Positions 1 to 11,181 of a stretch of 64,000 nt of DNA are shown here, piece after piece. A program made the position numbers and the translations under genes. The first letter of the stretch is position 1. Each line of letters starts with the position of its first letter. A model generated the notes under the pieces. That model was not told the DNA's origin, did not search any database, and saw only the letters and a list, made by a program, of their open reading frames with translations. Where the stretch lies: NCBI GenBank assembly GCA_013265495.1, contig MU063496.1, positions 434,001 through 498,000 on the forward strand, written 5' to 3'. This DNA comes from Vicugna vicugna (taxonomy: Eukaryota).

Positions 1-689
1 CACACCTCCCAGAGCAGCCCCTTGTCATGACCTTACCATGCGCAGGCTACTCCCTGTCCCAAGACTTGGAACTTGGCCACGTTATGTCACAAATTCTCGA
101 AATTCGAGAACCGCTGCCTTGACGTCTTAGAGCAGAGCAGCCCTGGCCAATCCACAGATCTCCAGCTGAGGCAGGGTGTTTGCCGAGTTTGGTTTAGATC
201 GACCAAGCCCCAGCTGAGGTGAAAATCCATGAAATGAATGACTGTTGCTTTCACCATTGCGACTTGGGTGATCATCGTCGGGTGATTTGTGAGTTAGGCA
301 GCATTATCGTGGCAATAGCTAATCATTCCACCAAATTTCATCTGCACTGTCAAGGGAAGACCTGGTTTATTCTCAGCTATGTGACTGTAGCATCATTAAT
401 GTGTCTATTTTCCTACCAATGGGCTCCTTTTGCTGTCACCAACAGCGCTGCCTCGGACAGTCTTAGACGTGTCTCTTGGTGCGCATGGCAAGAGTTGCTC
501 TGGGGAATACAGCTAGAAGTAGGAATGCACTCACTCTGCAGCGTGGTGCCACGTTGTTGTTCAGAGTGTCTGGATCCACTTTCAATCTGAGCTTGGGCGC
601 AAGACCCTGCCAATCCCAATCTTCGCCAGCGTCTGCTGTCAGATTCATTATCTCTTGCCAATTCAAAGAGTCTAACGGGTATCTCATGG

Positions 690-1122
690 TGTACGAGTGG
701 AATTGTGTCCCCTGCCCCCTAAATAAAAATAAGATATGCTGGAGTCTTGACCCTTAGGTCCTCAGATTGGGACCTTACGTGGAGATAGGGTCTTTGCACA
801 AGTAATCAAGTGAAAATGAGGTCATGAATCCAACATGTCTGTGTCCTTCCAAAAAGAGGAAATTTGGACACATGCACAGAGGGGAGACACTATAAAGACA
901 CAGGAAAAGTACCATCTACAAGCCACAGGATGCCTGAGGCTATCGTAAGCTAGGGGGCAGGCCCAGCACAGATTCTCCCTCACAGCCTGCAGAGGATACC
1001 AACCCTGCCCGCAGCTCGATGTTGGCCTTCCCGCCTCCGGAACCGGGAGGCAATCAGCGAACGGGGTTCGATCCCCATAGTTTATGCACTTGTTACAGCG
1101 GCCCGCCCCGGAAACTAACACA
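690..1122 (+). mobile_element. MaLR solo LTR, MLT1B-like
   Basis: Starts TGTACGAGTGGAATTGTGTCCCC and ends GGAAACTAACACA. Internal blocks GAAATTTGGACAC, CATCTACAAGCCA and ACAGATTCTCCCTCACAGCC match the recalled MLT1B consensus. The 5-bp flanks CATGG and CACAG can both be derived from one CACGG TSD by CpG decay (inference). Confidence 0.85.
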
Positions 1123-1164
1123 CACAGTGAACTTGATTTGTGTGCACCAGAATACATAGCGAAA

Positions 1165-1440
1165 CTAAACACATCCTCTTACTGGTCTTATTTTTTGTTC
1201 TGGTATGAAATACCTGTCCTGACTTGGGGGCTATTTTTCTGCTGGACTTTTTCTTATTGACTTACAGGAATCCCTTACTGGTTCTTGACAACAAGCCTTT
1301 TGGCATTTTCTCCCAGCTTACCTTTTTACTTTCTTTAGTATGTCTTTTGATGAGCAGAAGTTCTCCAATTTAAAGTAGCCAAAGCTCTTCCACTTTTTGT
1401 TGAGGTTTGGTGTTTCTTGCGTTTTCTTTATTAATGGCAA
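1165..1440 (-). mobile_element. old LINE-1 (L1M) ORF2 3' fragment
   Basis: T-rich; TCTTTTGATGAGCAGAAGTTCTCCAATTTAAAGTAG resembles antisense L1M ORF2. Confidence 0.55.
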
Positions 1441-1499
1441 ACGAAACTGACAATAAGTCGGTACTAAACGTTCTGTAAAAGAGAGAAATTATGTCAAAT

Positions 1500-1635
1500 T
1501 TACATGATGAAATACTCTAAAGTACTACACAGGAGTTAAAAATTGTTTCAGGCGAATGTTATGCTCTAAAAAGATATTCACATTATAATAAGTAAAAATA
1601 GCAAGGGATAAAATATTACACACGATTCTATTTTT
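1500..1635 (+). mobile_element. old LINE-1 (L1ME-like) 3' end fragment
   Basis: AAAGATATTCACATTATAATAAGTAAAAATAGCAAGG...GATTCTATTTT resembles the L1ME 3' region. Confidence 0.45.
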
Positions 1636-2528
1636 GAATGAGTTGGAGGAACTGAAACCTCCCCTACCCTTCAATAGACCTAGACTTGAAATAAAAATCA
1701 AAATAATTCAAGCTGGGTCCATTCCTGCAGGGAAGAGAAGAGAGCCCTTTACTGCTAGAGCGGATTCAGTCGTGATCAAGTCAGGCTCCCACTGGCAGAT
1801 TGACTGTTCCAAAGGGAGCGAAGCCAAAGCCGTACTGCCAAGGGAAGTGTTTTCACCTTGATTCGAAACTGGCCTGTGTTCTTCTGAGAAAGCAATCAGG
1901 AAAACAGGGCTCACTTGGGTGAGATGTGTGCAGTAGCTCTTGTCCTTATGCAGGTGGTCCTATAGTTCTCTCTGGGAGGACGCTGAGCTGGCCTTGGGCA
2001 CCCACCTGCATCCTGAACAAGGCACCAGAATGATGTAGGGGTGGGGGCAGATGGGGTGGGTTGGAATTCCTCTATCAGAGAAGTTTAGGAGCAAGAATCT
2101 ATTAGAAGGAAGGACTTCGAGATTTGCATTGAAGTTACATTCATATAACAAATACCCTGATTTATGTTATCTATTTCAGGTGGCTTGGGGCTCAGGCGAG
2201 CACCTCTAGAGATTGAGGAGAAGACCCTAGGCCAACACTTGTGCCCTGTCTGGTATAGAGCTGAAGAGATGGGAATTTCTTTTTCCAGAGGGAAGGGGAG
2301 GAGTGTCTAAGACAGGGAGGCAGGACTCAGAATGCATCAGACAGAAGATCTCAAAAGGGGAAGCAGAAGAGGAAGGGTGGAGGAGGGTCCTTCCCCGACA
2401 GAGGGCACGGGATCTCCTGTGTCTTGCATTTCCTCCCCTGTCCTTGCATGGGCGCTGTCTGGCCATCCAGACCTTGGGGGATTTCTGACCTGTATGTCCC
2501 CACCTCACCATCAACCTACCTGGGGAAC

Positions 2529-2893
2529 TGTAATGGTTAATTTTGTGTGTCGCCTTGGCTGGGCCACAGTGCACAGATATTTGGCAAAACATTTTAGATG
2601 TTTCTGTGAATCTGTGTTGGAAGAGATTAGCATTCACATCAGTGGACACTGAGAAAAGCAGATTGCCTTCCACACTGTGGGTGGGCCTCGTCTAATCAGT
2701 TGAAGTTCTCCTTAGAACAAAGACTGACCTCCCTGGAGCAAGAGGGAGTTCTTCCAGCAGTCCACCTTAGGAATTAGACTGCAACTCTTCCCTGGGTCTC
2801 CAGCCACCAGCTCACCCTGCAGAATTTGGAGTTGTATCTCCACAATTGCTTTAAAATAAATCTCCCTCTCTCTCAGTCTCTCACCCTAACCCA
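2529..2893 (+). mobile_element. ERVL solo LTR, MLT2 family
   Basis: Starts TGTAATGGTTAATTTTGTGTGTCGCCTTGGCTGGGCCACAGTG. Contains GCAGATTGCCTTCC, GTGGGTGGGCCTCGTCTAATCAGTTGAAG, CAACTCTTCCCTGGGTCTCCAGCC and AATAAATCTC, all typical of MLT2. Confidence 0.85.
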
Positions 2894-3994
2894 TATAGGG
2901 ACCCTGAAAGGCAACCTGGCCACACCCTGTAGGAGGAATGTTGCAAAAGGTGAGCCTCGGCTGGTTTGGGGCAGAGGGAGAGTTCAGATTTCCACCCCAC
3001 CTAGGAAGGAATTAGAGGTGATGAATTCCTTATTGCTTTGACAGGCAGCTGAGGGAGGAAATGTTGAACCCAGCACATAGTAAGTACTCAATAGTATTAG
3101 GTAAATGGTGAGTACATAAAGCTTGTGGAGGGGTCCTCAGCCCCAGAGGAGGCACGAGGACTAAACTCTTGGAAGACAAAAACGAGAGGAAGGTCTTCAG
3201 CCTCTTCCTGTCCCCATCTCAGAGCCCCATGCAGGGCTTGGCACATTGGGGTCCTCAGCAAAGCCACCTGAGGTCATGTTCCCACACCCAGCTGACCCTG
3301 GGGCACAGCAGGGCAGCAGACACCCCGCCTGACTTTGGGGTGCTCACTCTGTGGGGAGCCTGCGAGGCGCCCCAGTGACCCAGGGACACTGTTTGAAGTC
3401 CCGGCACCTTCTAAGGATTCGGTTTAACAAGCTGGGTGCTGCAGGCACCTGGATGAAAGACGCTATATGAAGACATGAGATAATTACCAATTAAAGCCAT
3501 TTTCTTAGAAACAGGAAGGTCCCATTTGCCAGGAGTAAACAGTAGGGGCAGGCCCAGCCTGGGAAAGCCGTTCTGGGTGGGCTCAGAAGCCAGTGTGAGT
3601 CAGAGCACGGGGTCAGGTGAGGCCGGAACTCCCTCCCCCAAGTCCCGAGGGTGAGAAGTCAGCAGGGATGCAGCGGCAGGGTGCCCAGGGGACTGGGGAG
3701 CCCCACACCCGGCTCTCCACCCTGCCTGGCAGGAATGAAGAAATGACTGGACTGGCCCAGATGGAGGGGCGCCTCCACCTAACCTAGGGACATCCCGACA
3801 TCCCCTGCAGCATGTAACCTTGATGTAGAGACCGACGGGGAAGCAGGCCCTGGGGCTCCCTTTTCATTAATCTCACAAACCCCTGTTGAAGGCCTCCTGT
3901 GTGGCTGAGTGCCTGGGGTACGGCAGCAGACAAGAGACAGGCATGCCTGCCCTCCTAGGGTGTACCTCTTAGCGGCCAAACCTCACTGGGGCTT

Positions 3995-4140
3995 ACGATG
4001 GACCAGACACCTCTGTCGAGTGCTTTAGGGGCTGGCTCTTTTGACCTTCACCCTGACCTTAGAAAGTGGTCTGTTAGGATCCTCATTTATAGAGGAGGCT
4101 AAGTGATTCCTGAGGTCACCCAGCTAGCAAGTGAGAAGCG
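3995..4140 (-). mobile_element. MIR SINE fragment
   Basis: CCTCATTTATAGAGGAGGCTAAGTGATTCCTGAGGTCACCCAGCTAGCAAGTG is the antisense MIR core. Confidence 0.65.
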
Positions 4141-4937
4141 CCAGGCTCTGCACTAGTGACCGCTGCGCCCTTCCTCAGGCTCCTCAGCATCCCTCCCGCC
4201 TGCAACCGGGAGGCTGGTAAACAGACCGGCATCCATCCCTCGATGGGCAGCCTTGCCTTGCAGACTCCCAGCCTCCAGGAGGAACTGGACCCCTCCCCAG
4301 CCCACCGTTCTCTCCTGGATGTCCCTCAAAGCCAGATCAGGCTTTCCCTTTGCACGCCCACACTGACCCTATCCCCATCACTGAGAACCAGCCATTCAAA
4401 ATTCCTTGCCAGCGAGCTGGGACCAGTTCCAACTCCTCCTGTTCCCTGCTCTCCACATTCCATCAGCACACAGAGAACGGAGGATGCACGTCTCCAGTGG
4501 GCAGGACCGAGCAGGAGTGGATCAGGACCCAGCAGCCCAGAGCAGATCCACAAAGAGCCATGGCTCCTTTTACCACGTGCCCTGGTCAGCTGGTTGGCTG
4601 ATGGCTAATTCCTGCTCTCCTGCCCAGTGGGAAAGCTCCTTGTAAACTATAAAGTCTGTAAGAGTGGAAGCAAGTCTCAGATCAAATGTACTGGCATAGC
4701 CCAGTTTCCCCAAATCACATGGCACTTGGAGATGATTGTATTCAGCAATTCACATAGTGACCAACTGTGTTCTGATACCTATTATGTGCCCGCTGCTGTG
4801 TGAGTGCATCTCAGATCTTAGCTACCCAGGGGTGTCTATGATAACAGATGAGGGGCTCAACACTCAAAAAACAAGTTCTGCCAGAGGTGGGGGACAGCTG
4901 CATCAGAGATCAGTTCTTTCCCTGATGCCTCCAGAAT

Positions 4938-5485
4938 TAGTTTTTATTGTTACATAAAAACATAAGCAGACATTTAGTGTCTAAGACAACACACCCGTTT
5001 GTTATCTGACAGTTTCCATGGGACAGGGGTCTGGGCACAGCTGGCTGAGTCACCTGCTCAGCATCTGACAGTCAAGCTGCCAGCTGGGCTGTGCTCTCAT
5101 CTGCAGGCTTAGCTGGGGAAGAATTCGCTCCCACGCTTACTCTGGTTCTTGCAGAATTCATTCCACTGCTTGGCATCTGTACGGCTGAGGACCCTTTGCT
5201 GGCTGTCCACCGGAGGCTGCCCCAGGTCCCAGAGGCTCCATGACGTTCCCTGCTGCGTGGCCTTCTCCAGCGTAACTACTTCATGAAGCCAATAATGCGT
5301 CTTTCTCCAGTCTGCTGAAAGGAAGTCTTATAAATGTAACAGAATCACAGGAGTGACATCCCATCACTTTTGCCTTTTTTCTTGCTGTTGTTAAAAGCAA
5401 GTTTTACAAGTCCACCCACATTCAAGGGGAAGGGATTGCACGTGAACAATGGGAGGTGGAAATCACTGGGGGTCACAGGAGGGTC
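4938..5485 (-). mobile_element. MaLR LTR, MLT1F/G-like
   Basis: Antisense MLT1 pattern: TTTAGTGTCTAAGACAAC...TTTGTTATCTGACAGTTTCCATGGGACAGG, GCTGGGGAAGAATTCGCTCCCA, ATCACAGGAGTGACATCCCATCAC, CCCACATTCAAGGGGAAGGGATT. Confidence 0.75.
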
Positions 5486-6309
5486 TGCACTTGATGTGCC
5501 CGAGGACGGATGAGGGGCACTCCAGAGCCTGGGAGGGTTGTCACTGGCCAGGCTTCCAGAAGGGCACACACACGGGCACACACACATACCCCAAGCATCC
5601 CCTGCTGGGAGTTTCACATCAAAGACCCCATAACAGGCTCTCATTTTCTTGGATTCTCATCTCAGGAAGTCCCCTGAACGGGAAGCAGGGCAGGAGTTGC
5701 CACCCCTGCATGAGCATGGGAAACCAAGGCTCCCGGTGTGCCTGTGACCGCGCCGTCCCCAGGCCTCCTGCCTCCGTGCAGTCCTCGCCCTAGTGCCGAG
5801 GCTGCGCTGTCCCTCCCGTCTGCTGTGTCGGCGCAGCCTCAAATCACCGCCCTCTCTAAGCCCCAGAGGGGCTGGAGCACCTCTTCCCTGCACGCGTGTT
5901 TCTGCAGACTTGTTTACAGTTGTTGAACTATTTTCGTCAAATTAATTAAATACATGCTAAATCCTCTCCAATTTGTTGTGTGATAAATTAAAGATGCTAA
6001 GATTGTGAAATACACAACAAAACCTGTTTATTCTGATAAAAGCCTGCACGACAGCCCCGAGTCGCGTGTCAGACGGTCCAGAATCTGCTTCCACTATCAG
6101 AATAGAGGCTTCTGGCCATTGAACCCCTCAGTGGCTGGGATCCCAGTGAGCCCTCACGGCTACCTAAAATGGGGATGTGAGGCTCAGAGGGAGGCGACAG
6201 GCCCCACATCCCCCAGAGAGAATGATGCTTGGAAGCCAGGACTGCAGAATGCAGAGTCCTTCCCTGCTGGCTTCCAGCTGCCCCCAGAGTTAGCAGCTCG
6301 TAGGGGTAA

Positions 6310-6500
6310 CAACGTTAATATGGATCTGGTGTTGTAAGCACATAAACTCAAGTAATCCTCATACAACTGTCTGAGGGAGGTGCTGCTACTGCCCCATCGT
6401 ACAGAGAAGTAGGCAGAGGCATGGCAAGTGACTGGCCAAGTGCAGCCTAGGACGTGGAGGAGCCTGGATGGGGCCAAGCAGTCTGGCTCTGAGTCTATGC
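6310..6500 (-). mobile_element. MIR SINE
   Basis: AATCCTCATACAACTGTCTGAGG...CCCCATCGTACAGAGAAG...AAGTGACTGGCCAAG...GCAGTCTGGCTCTGAG matches antisense MIR. Confidence 0.75.
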
Positions 6501-6814
6501 CGGTCACACTATGTACACAGGACCCTCCTCCAGCTCTGGTCACCCACCCAGCATCCCAGCCTCTGGGTCCAAGATACACACCTCCAGCACCATCACCACC
6601 CCACAGCAAGTGTCTGCCTCACACCCACCCAGGGGCCTCCCGCGGCTCCGGGGAGGAAGAGGGTAAAGGCGCTCCAGCCAGAGAAACTGAGACCCAGAAA
6701 GTCTCCAGCCATCAGCCTGTGGCCCACACGATCCTTCCCTGAGTACAGGGATGTACAGACTCAAAGCGACCCCATAGCCACTGCCCATGTGGGTCACTTG
6801 GCAAACCCCAGAGC

Positions 6815-6935
6815 TCAGCTTTGTTATTCCCATTTATGTGGATGAGGAGACTGAGGCCCTGGGAAGGTAAGGGACTTGCCCAAGTCCCGTGGAGAGGTGG
6901 TGGCAGAACAAAGGTTAGACCCAGGAAAGGCTTAG
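6815..6935 (-). mobile_element. MIR SINE fragment
   Basis: TTATTCCCATTTATGTGGATGAGGAGACTGAGGCCC...GACTTGCCCAAG is the MIR core. Confidence 0.75.
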
Positions 6936-9431
6936 CTGCTGGTGCCCAAAACCCAGCTCCTCACTCCAGTGCAGCCTAGTCACCACTGTCACTCCGCTGC
7001 CCTCAGGTTAACCAGATGCTCTGGGCGTCTCGGGGCCCCGATGCAGGCCTCACTCTGCTGTGATCCTGGCTTCCACCCCCGTGGGTGGGCACTTGTGGGA
7101 CCCCACTCGCTGAGTCCCTGAGAACCTCCAAGCAATTGTGAGTTGAGAACATCTTGTCAGTTCCGAATGCGGAAAGCATGGCAGTTAGTGGCGCTGCAGC
7201 TGCTGCTGCTGAGATGGAGGGGAAGGAAGAGGGTGCGGCAAGCTGGGTGGGTTCCCGGGGGGGCCCTCCTGCCGAGGAATGCGGCCCTCCACAGACCTCA
7301 GCCCTGTGCAACCCACTTGGGCGGGCAGCGGCCCACCCTGCGCAGAGCCAGGCTGCCCGGCTCAGTGATCTCTCCCAGAGCTCTCTTGCCCCTTCTGTGT
7401 CCCCAAGCGGTGGCACTGGCTCCCTCGCAAGCTCTTTGATGACAAGTTGACCATGTGGCTCCCACCCCATGATGTCCCCATGTTCCTCAGCCTGTGTGGT
7501 TTATTACCTGGCACACAGGAGGTCCCCAGCCTTTCCAGGGCACCACCTCCAGGCCTGTGTGGGGCCACTCTGGGCACAGGGGTGTATGAGGCCCAGTCCT
7601 TGCTGCCTGGTCACTCATAGGCAGAGGGGGACAGAGAGCAAAGGCCACTACTGTGCAGTGGGACAGGGCTAGGACACAGGAAGCCCAAGGAACCACAGAA
7701 GAACCCGAGGGGCCGGTGGGGAGGGTGTGGCCAAGGGAACAAGTAAGTTGATATATCTGGAAGCCAGAAAGGTCCAGCTGCTAGAGCGGGAGGCCAGGGC
7801 CAGTGCAGAAGTTGATGGAAATGTCTTCATAGCTTCCTCTCTGTGAGATCACAGCCAAGCATCTGGTGGCAGACCCAGGTCACTGGGAGCCAGCAGGCCC
7901 AGCAGCCCTCAAGGGGAGGACATGCAGAGGAAAGGGCAACGACAAACTGGAACCTGCTGGCATCTCTGTGTCTGCCTCTCTCACCTCTAGCCATGACAGC
8001 CTCAGAGCACAAATTTCCCCTTAAGCCAGCCAGAGGAAAGAGGATTCTAGGAAACAAGGTTCCAGCCAACTTGACCTGGCATGAATCACCATGACAGAGC
8101 CATTTGCTGAGACCAGGTATCCAAGGGGGGCAAGGTGCAGGGCCACCTGGTACAGTTGTGCATGCTGTTCACTGCTCAGGGGCACTCGGCTAAGGGATCA
8201 GTGGGGGCTGAACCCCTGACCCTGCCATGAAACTGTATCTACCTGGAGTCAGGGGTAACTTTACCTAATTTATATAAGATGCTCTTTGAGCTTGGGCGGG
8301 TTTGGGGAAAGAGGATGTGTTCCAAGTGAGATGGGAGGTATCTGGGGAGACAAGCTTCCCCATCTGTGGCCAGCACTGAGAAAGGGATCATTTCCCTTTA
8401 AAGACCAGGCACGCACGTTCCTTTTTAATGGTGGGACTGCTCAATAGCAAGCTCATGGCTTAAGGTGATGGTCCTGAAATCCCCGGAGAGCAGAACTAGG
8501 CCCAAGGAAGGGGTGCAAAAGTGGGCAGAGGCCAGCTTACTCCGAGGGAGAATTCTGCCCTAGGCAAAGTTATTTCAGATAAAAGCTGCCTTTGGAGATA
8601 ATGAGCCCCCCATCACTGGGGATACACAAGCAAGCCTGGACAGAGGCTTAGAGGGCTTGGTGCAGGGAATGTTACGATGTGTCAGGTGGCAGTTCAGCTA
8701 CTTGCCCCTCTTGGGCTGTGAGTCAAACAGGAGACAGATCTCTGAGAACGGGCAGGTGGGGCTCCCCCCAAGCCCTCCCCCACGTTTTCTCTCTGCTCAC
8801 TTTTTTTGGAACTGGCTTGGGTATTTAGAAGATTAATTTCATGTTTGTGCAAAGCAGGAGATTAGGAGGGGAGGAGACTGAAGTTCTCTGTAGGTTGTTA
8901 AGAAAACATCATCTAAAAAAAGACTTTGGCAAAGTCGCTCTGGATACAAGTTACAGTAGAATGCCCTGTTTACCACCACCAACCCAGGGCTTTCGGTTGT
9001 CAGTAGTTTGTTCTTATTCTCAAGTTGCAGAACCTAAAGCCCTGGGCTCTGGGATGTCAAAAGGCGGAGCATATCAGAGTGGCCTCCATCCCATCAGAGC
9101 GGGGAGGGCGAGGACGTCCGCACCCCTGACCTGCTGGGGTCCAGGTTACAGACAGTTTCTGCCGTGGGGACCACTGGTTCCTCTGTCCTCTGCTGCCTCC
9201 TGCATACTTCTCAGTGCTGCTAGGGGAACCAGGAGAGCGGATGAGGCTCAGACAGGTCACAGGTTCACCCCAGCACACAGCAAGTTGCTGACTTACAGTC
9301 CAGATCTCCTTCTCTGAGCTGCCACTTGCTCTCAGAGATCCAGGTGGCGGGAGCTCCTGGACCACAGCAGGCCTTTCCAGGGCCGGGGAGAGGGGGGCGG
9401 TGCTCGGAAGACATAGCCATCTAGCATCCTA

Positions 9432-9968
9432 TTTTTTTCTGAAAACAGCTTTATTGAGATATAATTCACATACCACACAATTCAGCCATTTAAGGCATAC
9501 GGATGAAGAGCTTTTAGTATATTCACGTGGTTGTGCAACCAGCCCTACAATTAAATTTAGAACAGCTCTGTCACCCCAGAAGGAAACCTGTACCTGTTAG
9601 GAGTTACCCTCCACCTTCTCCTCCCCCAGCTCCTGGAAACCACGAATCTATTTCCTGTCTCTGTGGATTTGCCTGTTCTGGACATTTCATATAAGTTGAA
9701 ATCCTACAGTACTTGGTCTTCGACTGGTTTCTTTCACTGAGCACAACGCTTTCGAGGCTCATCCGTGTTGTAGCCCGTATCTGGACTTCATTCCTTTGCA
9801 CGGCTGAATAACATCCCATTGTAGGGACACACCATGTTTTCTTTATCCATTTATCCATCGATGGGCTTTTGGATAGTTGCTAATTTTTGGCCATTATGAA
9901 TAGTGCTGCTGTGAACATGTGTGTACAAGCTTTTGTTTGGATGTGTATTTCCAATTCTTTTGAGTGAT
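9432..9968 (-). mobile_element. LINE-1 3' end (L1MB-like), 5'-truncated
   Basis: AACAGCTTTATTGAGATATAATTCACATACCA marks the antisense L1MB 3' terminus. Minus-strand ORFs give ORF2 C-terminal-like peptides (HMFTAALFIMAKN; MDKWIKKTWCVPTMGCYSAV). Confidence 0.9.
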
Positions 9969-10287
9969 TCAATTGTTTTAAAGAGGAGGAAGGAGCTGGT
10001 TGGAAGGGCTTGAAACAAACCAGAGTGTGGGTGATAAGAAGGGCGGGCAGGCAGGCTAGATCACAAAGCATGGGGTGGCCTTGGCAGGCTTCCTGGAGGA
10101 GGAAGCGCTGCACTGGGGCTTGAAGGACAGACACAAATTGAAGAGATGAAGAAACTGGGAAAGTTCTTTCTGGTGGGAGAAACGGTCTGAGCAGAGACAC
10201 GGAGAGGAGGTGATAAAGGCCCCATGCTGGGACCTCGACATCTTCTGAAGTAGCCGTGGACCCAGAACTGTGGGAGGTGTGGACCCA

Positions 10288-10475
10288 ACCCCCCTGCTCA
10301 AAGTGCAGCCCCTGGACGAGCAGCAGCAGCAGCAGCAGCTGGGAAACTGTCAGACATGCAAATTCTCAGGCTCCACCCCAACCTGCTGAATTAGAAACAT
10401 GGGTTGGTGCACAGCAACGTGTGTTTTCACGAGCCCCCAGCAGACTGATAACTCTTTCAGGTGTGAGACCCATTG
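10288..10475. mobile_element. hAT-Charlie MITE MER5A with a (CAG)6 expansion
   Basis: CTCAAAGTGCAGCCCCTGGAC-(CAG)6-CTGGGAAACTGTCAGACATGCAAATTCTCAGGCTCCACCCC...GTGTGAGACCCATTG is collinear with the recalled MER5A consensus. Confidence 0.85.
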
Positions 10476-10927
10476 CTACAGATGCTCTGAGCTAAGGCAG
10501 ACCCGCAGGTGTGAAGAGCATGAAGGGGGAGAGGAGAAAAGGAACCAAGAACCCATCACTCAGGCTCCGGCCACTGTCCACCCACCCCCTTGCGGCCCTG
10601 CCCACCCCCAGCCCCGAATCGCTGCTCCAAGCCCTATCTTTGCCCACGTGGCTCCGTCCCCTGGGGAATGTGTCCCATGTTTTAGGACCTCCCTCAGGCT
10701 TACCTCCTCCTTGTCATGTATCACCCCACCCCCAGCTGACCACGAGCCCTTCCTCTGCGTTCTGACCCCAACCCCATCCTGCCCTACCCTTTCTTTATAC
10801 CCTCTTCAGGGGCCAGAGTTGGTTTCTATTGCCTACAACTCAAAATGCTGACAATACAAATACAAGTGATGGGAGAGCGTTCTTAGGGAAAAGAAGGTAA
10901 TCTCCAGGAAGGAGTGAAAACAAAATG

Positions 10928-11181
10928 CAGTTGTCCCCTGGTATCTGCAAGGGAGTAGTTCCAGGACCCGCTGCAGACACCAAAATCCGCAGTTGCTCAA
11001 GTCCCATAGTGGCCCTCCGTATCCGCAGATGATTCAACAAACCACGGGTCGTCACTGTTGGGTGAATCTGCAGGTGCAGAACCCGCAGATACAGAGCGGT
11101 GACTGTATACGTCATTATTGGAAAAATCCCCGTATAGGTGGCCCTGTGTGGTTCAAGCTCGTGTGGTTCAAGAGGCAACTG
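10928..11181. mobile_element. TcMar-Tigger non-autonomous element (MER2/Tigger1-derived)
   Basis: Termini CAGTTGTCCCCTGG and CAAGAGGCAACTG followed by TA. Internal GTTCCAGGACCC, ACCAAAATCCGCAG and GCAGAACCCGCAGATACAGAG are MER2-like; the right end is Tigger1-like. Confidence 0.85.

Noticed and set aside
1-689. Unique-looking segment with several 60-120 aa ORFs and a TTCTCGAA-A-TTCGAGAA palindrome (94-110)
   Set aside because: No translation in six frames gave a motif I recognise. The palindrome is off-register for a 3-unit heat-shock element, and GAGAACCGCTG may be a hAT-Charlie terminus. Left unassigned.
1061-1077. tRNA B-box-like GGTTCGATCCC
   Set aside because: No A box or cloverleaf; lies collinearly inside MLT1B and is better explained by substitutions.
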